A stretch of DNA of 64,000 nucleotides from contig JBNKBE010000013.1 in the NCBI GenBank assembly GCA_050287085.1, forward strand, positions 96,001-160,000. Reading direction: 5' to 3'. This document shows, piece by piece, positions 48,174 through 56,620 of this stretch. Under the pieces are notes generated by a model. It saw only the letters and a list, made by a program, of their open reading frames with translations, had not been told where the DNA came from and ran no database searches. How positions within the stretch are numbered: the first letter of the stretch is position 1; each line of letters starts with the position of its first letter. The position numbers and the translations under genes were made by a program. This DNA comes from Polyangiaceae bacterium. GTDB lineage: Bacteria; Myxococcota_A; Polyangia; Polyangiales; Polyangiaceae.

Positions 48174-50273
48174 ATGTCAGAAGAACTCGTACAGAAACTG
48201 CTCTATGGGCCCATTGGGGCCGCTGCCGTCGGCCTGGCCATCGCCCTCTTCTTCTACTCTCGCGTGAAGAGCCAGCCCACAGGTACGGATCTCATGAACA
48301 AGATCGCCGCGTACATCGCCGAAGGTGCGATGGCGTTCTTGAAAACCCAGTACCGCGTACTTGCGGTGTACATGACCGTAGTCTTCGGACTGCTCAGTTG
48401 GCAATTTGGCGTGCTATCCGGGGCCTGTTTCCTGCTGGGTGCCACACTCAGTCTGCTGGCTGGCTTCGTAGGCATGAAGGCCGCCACCTACGCAAACGTG
48501 CGCACCGCGCAAGCAGCCCGAGGCGGTAGCCGCGCAGCCGCCCTGCTGATAGCGCTGGATGGCGGCGCCGTGATGGGGCTATTCGTGGCAAGCCTGGCCC
48601 TCCTAGGACTGGGTGGCTTGTACCTGGTCTTCAAGGGCGAAAGCGAATTCTCCCACGAGCTGGGCACGGTGCTGCATTCGTTCGCCGTCGGCGCGAGCTC
48701 GATAGCCCTCTTCGCCCGCATCGGAGGTGGCATCTACACCAAAGCGGCCGACGTCGGGGCTGACATCGCGGGCAAAGTCGTGGAGGGTATCCCGGAGGAT
48801 GACCCCCGAAATCCAGGTGTGATCGCTGACAACGTCGGCGACAACGTGGGTGACGTGGCTGGGATGGGCGCCGACATCTACGAGTCGTTGGTAGCTGCCA
48901 TCGTCGCCGCCATGGCTATCGCCCTCACCGCCTCGGACGAGGCGCTTCAGGTCTTGATGCCGGGCTCGAAAGACGCACGGCTGATTCGTTTGGTGGGTGT
49001 GTCACTGCCCTTGGTCCTGTCCGGACTGGGACTTGCCGTATCGATCGTGTCGATCTTTGTCGCCCGCGCAATGCGCAACATGGCGCCAGCCACGGTGTTG
49101 CGCGGCTCGCTGATCGTGCCGCCCATCGTTTTGGTTCTGCTGTGCGCCGTTGTGCTGCCCATGGTGGGAGTGACACAAGGTGTCACGATGGCCCTCGCAG
49201 CGGGCGCCTTTGGGGGTGGCATCATTGGCATCATCACCGAGCACTACACAGCTTGGAAGCCGGTGGCTCGCGTCGCCGAATCCTCCAAGACCGGACCCGC
49301 TACCAACGTGATCAACGGCCTGGCCGTGGGCATGGAGTCCACCGTGACCGCGCTACTCGTAGTCGCTGGGGTAGGACTCGTATCCAATGCTGCGCTCGCC
49401 GACACCCACTTCGGGTTGTACGGCATCGCGCTTTCCGCAGTGGGCATGTTGGCGGGCACGGCCATCGTCATGACCGTGGACGCCTACGGGCCGATCGCCG
49501 ACAACGCCGGCGGCATCAGCGAGATGAGTGGTCTAGGCCCGGAGGTGCGGGCGATCACGGACGAGTTGGACTCAGTCGGCAACACCACTGCGGCCATCGG
49601 CAAGGGATTCGCAATCGGGTCGGCAACCCTGACAGTGATCGCCTTGTTCTCGGCATACAATCTTGAGGTCAATCAGGTCCGTATCGCCAACAACTTGAGC
49701 AAGATGGATCTGACCCTCACCGATCCTCGTATCTTGATTGGGATCATCATCGGCTCCACCCTACCCTTCGTGGTGGGTGCCTCCACGATGACGGCGGTGG
49801 GCAAGGCAGCCGGTAGCATCGTGACAGAGATCGGGCGACAGTTCCGCGAGATCAAGGGTCTGCTTGAAGGAGAAGCTGAGCCGGATACCAAGGCCATCGT
49901 CGACATCGCCACGACGGCAGCCCTTCGGGAAATGATTCTACCGGGCCTGGTGGCGGTTGTATCCCCAGTTGTTGTCGGCTTTGTGCTCGGCCCCGACGCA
50001 CTCGCTGGAACCCTGGCGGGCGCGCTGGCTTGCGGCGCAACCATGAGTCTCTTCATGGCCAACGCAGGCGGCGCCTGGGACAACGCTAAGAAGCACATCG
50101 AGGCTGGAGGAGTCGAAGGTCACCCCAAGGGCTCCGACACGCACAAAGCCGCAGTCGTCGGCGACACGGTTGGCGATCCTTTCAAAGATACGTCTGGACC
50201 GGGCGTCGCGATCTTGATCAAGGTGATGAGCGTGGTGGCGCTACTGATCGCCCCTCTGGTGGCACTCGGCTAG
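48174..50273 (+). CDS. hppA: Membrane-bound K+-dependent pyrophosphatase, probably Na+-translocating
   Basis: [66 protein letters not shown]. Confidence 0.95.
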   Translation: MSEELVQKLLYGPIGAAAVGLAIALFFYSRVKSQPTGTDLMNKIAAYIAEGAMAFLKTQYRVLAVYMTVVFGLLSWQFGVLSGACFLLGATLSLLAGFVGMKAATYANVRTAQAARGGSRAAALLIALDGGAVMGLFVASLALLGLGGLYLVFKGESEFSHELGTVLHSFAVGASSIALFARIGGGIYTKAADVGADIAGKVVEGIPEDDPRNPGVIADNVGDNVGDVAGMGADIYESLVAAIVAAMAIALTASDEALQVLMPGSKDARLIRLVGVSLPLVLSGLGLAVSIVSIFVARAMRNMAPATVLRGSLIVPPIVLVLLCAVVLPMVGVTQGVTMALAAGAFGGGIIGIITEHYTAWKPVARVAESSKTGPATNVINGLAVGMESTVTALLVVAGVGLVSNAALADTHFGLYGIALSAVGMLAGTAIVMTVDAYGPIADNAGGISEMSGLGPEVRAITDELDSVGNTTAAIGKGFAIGSATLTVIALFSAYNLEVNQVRIANNLSKMDLTLTDPRILIGIIIGSTLPFVVGASTMTAVGKAAGSIVTEIGRQFREIKGLLEGEAEPDTKAIVDIATTAALREMILPGLVAVVSPVVVGFVLGPDALAGTLAGALACGATMSLFMANAGGAWDNAKKHIEAGGVEGHPKGSDTHKAAVVGDTVGDPFKDTSGPGVAILIKVMSVVALLIAPLVALG

Positions 50274-50294
50274 CGCTGAAAAGAGGAGCGCGGC

Positions 50295-51338
50295 GTGGCG
50301 CCTGGTGAAGAATCAACGCCCAGCATTCAGGAAGAGCTGAATGCTGGGCTGAACTTTGACCAGATTGCCAGCGAGTTCCTACGTGCCTTGCGCGGCAAGC
50401 GCTCACAGGCCGCATTCTGTCGCCGGCTCGGTTACAAGAGCAATGTCGCCTACACCTGGGAGTCGGGACGCGGGTTTCCGACGGCGGCTCGTACTTTCGA
50501 GATCGCAAGCCTGCTGGGCCTGGATATACGCGCAGGCCTGACGCGCTTCTACCAACTCCCTCCGCCGTGGGTGGATGAACTCCCCCTGACTAGTCGAGAC
50601 GGCGTCGCTACTTTGCTGAGCGACTTGCGCGGCAAAACAAGCATAGTTGAGCTAGCCGGCTACAGCGGCAAGACCCGCTTTGCCGTAGCTCGCTGGTTGA
50701 AGGGTGAAGCGGAGCCGCGACTGAACGAGTTTTTTCAACTCGTCGAGTGCGCTTCGCTTCGCCTCGTCGACTTCATCGAAAGCTTTGTCGATCCCCGTAG
50801 TGTGCCTTCAATTCGGGCGCGGTGGGAAAGCATGACCATCGCAAGGCGACTCGCCTACGACGCCCCGTGGACCCAAGCGGTGCTGCGCGCCCTCGAACTG
50901 AAGAGCTATCGCGACCAGGGCGCTCCGCCCAGCGGCTGGTTGGCGAGACAAGTCGGTCTCCCGGCGGAGGAAGAACCACGATGCCTTGAGCTACTTCACC
51001 AAGCAGGTCAGATCGTTCCCGACGGCAATCACTGGCGCCCAGTCGAGGTCATGGCGCTCGACGTCCGCCGCAATCCGGAAGCAGCGGTACTGCTACGTGG
51101 CTTCTGGGGACGAGTCGCCGCTGAACGTTGCGAGCGGGGTACGCGCGGCACCATGTACACGCTCTGCGGCGTGTCGTCAGAAGATCTGGAGCGCCTTCGG
51201 GCCCTCGAAAAGGCCTACTTCAACGAAGTCCGCGCCATCATCGCCCAATCCGCTCCGGTTCAGCACGTGGTGCTATCGTTGGTGTCGGTGGTCGATCTCG
51301 GTGAAAGCCAAGCGGAGGTCGCCAAGCTTCAACCCTAG
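50295..51338 (+). CDS. Double XRE-HTH + DUF4423-like regulator
   Basis: LRALRGKRSQ..F.RRLGY.SNV...WE.GR.FP; second HTH ..ARWLKG..EPRL; C-terminal S..D.ERL......YF..VR.II. Confidence 0.75.
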   Translation: MAPGEESTPSIQEELNAGLNFDQIASEFLRALRGKRSQAAFCRRLGYKSNVAYTWESGRGFPTAARTFEIASLLGLDIRAGLTRFYQLPPPWVDELPLTSRDGVATLLSDLRGKTSIVELAGYSGKTRFAVARWLKGEAEPRLNEFFQLVECASLRLVDFIESFVDPRSVPSIRARWESMTIARRLAYDAPWTQAVLRALELKSYRDQGAPPSGWLARQVGLPAEEEPRCLELLHQAGQIVPDGNHWRPVEVMALDVRRNPEAAVLLRGFWGRVAAERCERGTRGTMYTLCGVSSEDLERLRALEKAYFNEVRAIIAQSAPVQHVVLSLVSVVDLGESQAEVAKLQP

Positions 51339-51398
51339 CTGGGGCGCAAGAGCCAGTTCGGGTGGGAGAAACATCGGACTGAGACGCAACTTGGCAAG

Positions 51399-53534
51399 CT
51401 AGGCAGCCGTTGCCCCGTCCGGCTCGACGCCGTCCTTGGGTGCAGATGCCAGCTGCGCCGACTCAGCGTCGAGCGGATAGTTGATCCACTTGGCGCGCGC
51501 GTCGTTGAGAATACGAAACGCTTCTTCCGACGACGATGACGCCACCCATCGGTCCTTGAGCTCGCGTGTCAGCATAAACAGACGTGCGAACGCAGCCAAT
51601 GCCGCGAGGTGCCGCGTGGCCTCCTGCTCAGGCGTACACAATAACACCACGCACTGAATTCGTCCGCCGTCGGGCGCCCCGAAGTCCCACCCTCGCCGCG
51701 ACAGCGCAATGACCCCGCGGATAAACGGGGAGCTCTCGACCCGTGCATGAGGCACCATCAGGCCGTGCCCCATACAGGTACTGGCCTCGTGCTCCCGCCG
51801 AGTTGCCGATGCAATGACGTAGTGGGCGTCCAACTCCGGATGGATGCGCGCCAGGTGCTGCCCCAACATTTCGATGGCTTGGAAACGCCCCGTGAGCGCT
51901 GGTTCGATCAGAATGCAACTTGGGGTAATGAAGTCGAGTAGCTTGACCTCCTGCTGCAAGGGCTGGCTGTGTTCTTCCGGCGTCGGATCAAGAACGTTGC
52001 CCGCATGGTAACGGTGGCGCAACTTATTCCATTCGACTCTCACCGGACTACGTGCGCGAGTCCGTTCAGCTTCCCACTTCTCCAATAGGTCCAGGCAGGC
52101 GTGGTCAATGAACTGAAGCTTCTCAACGTGAAGATGCACTTCGTGTGTAGCTGGAAGCGACTCCAATAGCGAAGCTAGCCGCGGCAGGCGCACGAAGGAC
52201 GCCGTCCCTTCCAGATAGACGTGAACCCGCTGGAGGGCGTCATCGTAAACAACGCGAGTCGTAAGGTGGTGAAAGTGAAGCCCCTGAGAGAACACTACCT
52301 TGCCAATCGCTAGCCCGAGACCGACTACAATCCCCGTCAGCAGATCGACCACGACGATTGTCACCAGCGTGGAAGCGAAAATGGCCAGCTCGCTGCGACC
52401 GTACCAACGCAAGGCGCGCAAAGGACGCGTTCTCACCAAGCGATAGCCAACGAATACTAGCAGTCCGGCCAGACACGACTGAGGAATGATCCCCAGCATT
52501 TCGGGAGCCAGAAGGCACAGTAGGCCAAGCCACACTCCAACCAGCATGGCCGACGCGGGCGAGGTAGCACCAGCGGCGACGTTCGCTGAGCTGCGGGTGA
52601 TGACTCCGGTCGTGGGGAGAGCTCCCAATGCACCACATAGCGCATTGCCGACCCCCTGTGCCAATAGCTCGCGGTCGTAGTTCGCTCGCGGTCCCTCGTG
52701 CATCGCGTCAATCGCCGTTGTGCACAAGAGCGTTTCCGCGCTCGCGACGAAAGCCAACGCCAACGCGGAAAGCAAGACGGCGGGAGATGCCAACAACGCC
52801 AAGTCCTCCCACGACGGGGGCGCCATCGCAGCAAGTAGGTTGTCGCCGACCTGGACCCGCTTGATCGGAACATCGATCCACCACGCCAAGGCCGTCCCCG
52901 ACACCACCGCAGCGAGCGGCGCAGGCACGAGCCTCAAGAGACGGAATCGAGCGCGACTGACCCCGACAAACACCGCCAGGGTGAAGGTGCCGACCAGCGC
53001 CGCCCACTGATGCGACGAGCCATCCATCGCCAGGACGCCTTTCACAACAGCCTGCGGCAACGTGACCAGATTCGCCCAGCCGCTGCCCTTGGAGGTATCG
53101 TCCACCATCACGTGGAATTGACCCGAGAAGAGTAAGACTCCAATCCCCGCCAACATGCCGTCCACCACCGCTGGCACTACCGCGCGAAAGACCTGGCCCA
53201 AACGTGCGATGCCGAGCACGAGTTGCAGCGCGCCCATGAGCAGAACCACCACCGGCAGGACGCTCAGCCCGTGTCCCTGGACCACCTCCAGCACCATGAT
53301 GGCCGAACCAGCCGATGGTCCGCTAATCTGCAACCGGCTGCCGGTCAGACTGCCGACCACCAAGCCGCCCACGATGGCTGTAAGCAATCCGCGCTCCGGC
53401 GCAACCCCACTGACGCTCGCAATCCCCATCGACAGTGGCAAGGAGATCAGAAACACCACAAGCGACGGAGCCAGGTTGGCACGCCACTGCAGCCCCTCCC
53501 GCAGGCGTCGTATCGGCGGCTGTCCAAAAACCAC
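51399..53534 (-). CDS. SulP anion transporter fused to STAS-like and PTS EIIA (type 2) domains
   Basis: LPLSMGIA..SG, QISGP, EL.AQG.GN...G..G.LP.TGVI.RS; IDHAC; RE...ST.MG.G..VPHAR, APDG. Confidence 0.9.
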   Translation of the reverse strand: MVFGQPPIRRLREGLQWRANLAPSLVVFLISLPLSMGIASVSGVAPERGLLTAIVGGLVVGSLTGSRLQISGPSAGSAIMVLEVVQGHGLSVLPVVVLLMGALQLVLGIARLGQVFRAVVPAVVDGMLAGIGVLLFSGQFHVMVDDTSKGSGWANLVTLPQAVVKGVLAMDGSSHQWAALVGTFTLAVFVGVSRARFRLLRLVPAPLAAVVSGTALAWWIDVPIKRVQVGDNLLAAMAPPSWEDLALLASPAVLLSALALAFVASAETLLCTTAIDAMHEGPRANYDRELLAQGVGNALCGALGALPTTGVITRSSANVAAGATSPASAMLVGVWLGLLCLLAPEMLGIIPQSCLAGLLVFVGYRLVRTRPLRALRWYGRSELAIFASTLVTIVVVDLLTGIVVGLGLAIGKVVFSQGLHFHHLTTRVVYDDALQRVHVYLEGTASFVRLPRLASLLESLPATHEVHLHVEKLQFIDHACLDLLEKWEAERTRARSPVRVEWNKLRHRYHAGNVLDPTPEEHSQPLQQEVKLLDFITPSCILIEPALTGRFQAIEMLGQHLARIHPELDAHYVIASATRREHEASTCMGHGLMVPHARVESSPFIRGVIALSRRGWDFGAPDGGRIQCVVLLCTPEQEATRHLAALAAFARLFMLTRELKDRWVASSSSEEAFRILNDARAKWINYPLDAESAQLASAPKDGVEPDGATAA

Positions 53535-53672
53535 GGAACCCGTAGCCTAGCCCGCACGGCGCTCCGGAGCCAGTACTGCCGCAGCGCGTCAACGCTGTGG
53601 AAGGACAATTTCTCGCACGGCAATCCCGAACGTAGGGCATCGCGGTCCGATGCTTGCATGCGGCCACCGGCC

Positions 53673-53760
53673 CCCCGAAACCGAATCCCCTCCCACCGGC
53701 CGAACCCCAAAGCGTGGGGAGCGAGCAAGCTCCCTCCCCCCTCCTCCGCTCAAAGCTTGG
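53673..53760 (+). repeat. Dispersed palindromic repeat, copy 3
   Basis: CCCCGAAACCGAATCCCCTCCCACCGGCCGAA...GGGGAGCGAGCAAGCTCCCTCCCC...CTCAAAGCTTGG. Confidence 0.85.
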
Positions 53761-53810
53761 GCCGCGCCCGCAGCGGTGCCTTTCTCCGGGTGATTTGATA
53801 TAGAAGGGCG

Positions 53811-54767
53811 ATGAAGAACCTTTCTGGAGTGCGCTTGGGCGTCGACCTAGGCGGGAGCAAGATCCTGGCGGCGTTGCTCCGCGACGGAAAAGTCATCGCG
53901 AGCGCCAAGAAGGCCACCAAAGCCGAAAAGGGGTACGACGGTGTCCTGACGCGGATCGTAGACGTTATCAAGGAGGCTTGTGACGCGGCAGGCATCAAGC
54001 CGAAACACCTGGGAGCCCTTGGTATTGGTGTCCCGGGCCCGGTTTCGGGAAACCGCCTGCTCCAAGCTCCGAATCTCGGCTTTGGGGGGGAAAACCTGGC
54101 CAAGGACCTCGCCAAGGCATCCGGTATCGCACGCGTCTACTTGGGCAACGACGTCAACTGCGGCGCCCTGGGTGAGGCGACCCTGGGCGCTGGAAAGGGA
54201 GGCCACTCAGTATTTGCACTGTTCGCCGGAACCGGACTCGGCGGTGGGTGGGTCCTCGGTGGCCGCGTGCACGAAGGAGCCAGCGGCTTTGCCGGTGAAG
54301 TGGGTCATATGGTTGTGCCGGGCCTGGCTGCACCTTGCTCCTGTGGACAATTCGGATGCCTTGAGACGGTCGCGTCCAAGAAGGGATTCTCGAGGCAGTT
54401 CGAAGAAGCGCTCAATGCGGGCCAGCCGTGCATGGTGACCCCCGCCCGCGGCTTCAAATCGCGACAGTTGGAAGAAGCTTTCCTAGCCGGATGTCCCACG
54501 ACGCTTGCCGCCGTGGAGCAAATGGCCAAGTACCTCGCCTGGGCCATGGACACTCTGGCCTGCGCCATCAACCCCGACATATTCGTACTCGGCGGCGGCA
54601 TCGGCGAACGGCTCGGCGAGTCGCTGCTGGAACGGATGGAGCCCTATCGCCGTGGTTCGGTCTTCATACAAGCCCATGGCGACTACGCCGTGCGCGTGGG
54701 CACCCTCGGCGGCACAGCGGTGGCAATCGGCGCCGCTCAACTTCAGGGCTCTCAGCTTGGCGACTAA
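53811..54767 (+). CDS. ROK family sugar kinase (glucokinase-like)
   Basis: GVDLGGSK, GIGVPG, NDVN, GTGLGGG, GEVGH, CSCG..GCLE. Confidence 0.92.
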   Translation: MKNLSGVRLGVDLGGSKILAALLRDGKVIASAKKATKAEKGYDGVLTRIVDVIKEACDAAGIKPKHLGALGIGVPGPVSGNRLLQAPNLGFGGENLAKDLAKASGIARVYLGNDVNCGALGEATLGAGKGGHSVFALFAGTGLGGGWVLGGRVHEGASGFAGEVGHMVVPGLAAPCSCGQFGCLETVASKKGFSRQFEEALNAGQPCMVTPARGFKSRQLEEAFLAGCPTTLAAVEQMAKYLAWAMDTLACAINPDIFVLGGGIGERLGESLLERMEPYRRGSVFIQAHGDYAVRVGTLGGTAVAIGAAQLQGSQLGD

Positions 54768-54896
54768 GAGCCTGCGGAAGACCGCAAACGCGCCACTCAG
54801 CGGCCGCCCGTGGACCCTGGACCCTCCCGGCGTAGGGGGAGCGTTCACCTTCCAGCCCCCCCAACCCGGCCGTCGCGAGTGTCGGAGGTACGGCTC

Positions 54897-56447
54897 ATGA
54901 CGGCCGCGTCCCGAGTGGTCGCCGCAGTGGACCTCGGTTCCACCTCGGTGCGATGTTCCATCGCCCAGCTCTCTGCAAAAAACGACTGGGACCTGCTGGA
55001 GCACGCCGAATACCCCCTGAACTTGCTGCCTGCGATTGCGCGTCGCCGACTCACCCGCTCGGAGTTCGACGCCCTGCACGTCGCCTGCCGTGAGCTTCTG
55101 CTGCTCGTGAAGAGCTATGGGGTCTCCGCCGTCCGCTACGTTGCAAGTCCATCTTTACGAGAAATCGTAAATATCGACGTCGCGCTCGAACGCGTCGATC
55201 TACTCCACAACATCAACGTTGAGATCTTGGATGGTGCAGAGGAGGGCCGACTCTACCATCAAGCCCTCAGCGTGTTGATGGAGCGTCGTGGGACGTGTCC
55301 AGCCGGCAACATACTGCTCATGGACATCGGTAGCTCAACGAGTTCCGTTTCATGGATGAGCGAAGGCAGCATCATGGAAACGCTGGAGGAACACGTCGGG
55401 ACGGAACGCGTCAGCTTCAAGTTCGATCAACACGAGGACAGCACCGTGCTGCCCACCAGTCTCGATCGCCTGGCCCTCGGCGCAAGCCGGGTGATGATGA
55501 ACCGGCTCCGCCGTCCACGCCAGGGTAACCCGAGTATAGACCAGCTCCTGATCACTGGACGCGGTCCGCGAGCACTCGCGCGCCTGCTGGGTGCCACAAC
55601 CACAACCGGGGTCTTCCCTTCCCTGACCCGCGCCAGCCTGGACGACACCTTTGAACACCTTCTGTGCCTCGACCCGCTGGAGAGAAGAGCCTGGGCAAAA
55701 CCCACCGGCATGACGAGCACTGGACTGCTGAGCGCGCTGACGCTCATGCGACAGTTGGCAGCCGCAACGGAAGCAAGCCATGTCCAGATCCCCGAGCTGG
55801 AGTTGTGTGATGGCTTGATCGCCGACTTTTTGCCTGAAGCCTACGGTCCACATAGACTGCCGGGAGATCAGCTGCGCGCGGCGGCCACGGAAATCGCCCT
55901 CCGCTACGGGATGAGCGAGCAATACGCGCTCAACACGGCGTCACTGGCGGCCCAGCTCTTTGACGCATCTCAGCCACTGCACCACCTCGGGGAACGCGAG
56001 CGGCTGCTGCTGGAGCTGGCCGCGCTCATGCACGACGTCGGCGCACACATCAACGTCCGCTCACGCCACAAGCACTCGTATTACATGCTCAAGAATCTGG
56101 AGCTCAGCGGCCTGACGTCTCGCGAACGGGACATCATCGCCCACGTCGCCCGCTATCATCGAGGCAAGGCCCCCCAGGGTTCTCACGTCGAGTTTGCCCG
56201 CCTGGACCGCGCAGCGCGCATGCTCGTCAGCGTTCTGGCCGCGATCCTGCGGGTCGCCTACGCGCTCGACGTCGAGCGCTCACAACGCATCACGCGTCTC
56301 AGCTGCAAGATCGTCAAGAACGACCTCCGCATCGCCGTCGATTCGAGCGACGTGGCGCTAGAGCGATGGTCGATGGAGCGACGCGGAGGGCTGTTCAAAA
56401 GCGTCTTCGGTCTCAACGTCTCCATCGTCACTGAAAACGCCGTCTAG
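54897..56447 (+). CDS. ppx: Ppx/GppA family protein with C-terminal HD domain (degenerate motifs)
   Basis: DLGSTSVR, EEGRL, DIGSS; HDVG.HI....RHKHSYY, IA.VARYHR. Confidence 0.8.
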   Translation: MTAASRVVAAVDLGSTSVRCSIAQLSAKNDWDLLEHAEYPLNLLPAIARRRLTRSEFDALHVACRELLLLVKSYGVSAVRYVASPSLREIVNIDVALERVDLLHNINVEILDGAEEGRLYHQALSVLMERRGTCPAGNILLMDIGSSTSSVSWMSEGSIMETLEEHVGTERVSFKFDQHEDSTVLPTSLDRLALGASRVMMNRLRRPRQGNPSIDQLLITGRGPRALARLLGATTTTGVFPSLTRASLDDTFEHLLCLDPLERRAWAKPTGMTSTGLLSALTLMRQLAAATEASHVQIPELELCDGLIADFLPEAYGPHRLPGDQLRAAATEIALRYGMSEQYALNTASLAAQLFDASQPLHHLGERERLLLELAALMHDVGAHINVRSRHKHSYYMLKNLELSGLTSRERDIIAHVARYHRGKAPQGSHVEFARLDRAARMLVSVLAAILRVAYALDVERSQRITRLSCKIVKNDLRIAVDSSDVALERWSMERRGGLFKSVFGLNVSIVTENAV

Positions 56448-56620
56448 GAACCCGCAGTCAAGCAACGACGGCACGATTCGCGAACTCTTGTCGCTTGTAG
56501 TAGTACAGAAAGACGACTGCAGGAGCGCGGGCGTTCAGCCTCAATGAGGCCCAGCTCGTGCCCTCCAGAGCGTGCCCGCCCACAGCCCATACTCGTGACC
56601 GCAGGACAGGAAACGACACC

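Noticed and set aside
53811..54767. Polyphosphate glucokinase (PpgK)
   Set aside because: Contains the CxCGxxGCLE zinc motif of ordinary ROK kinases, which PpgK lacks; adjacency to ppk1 alone is not enough
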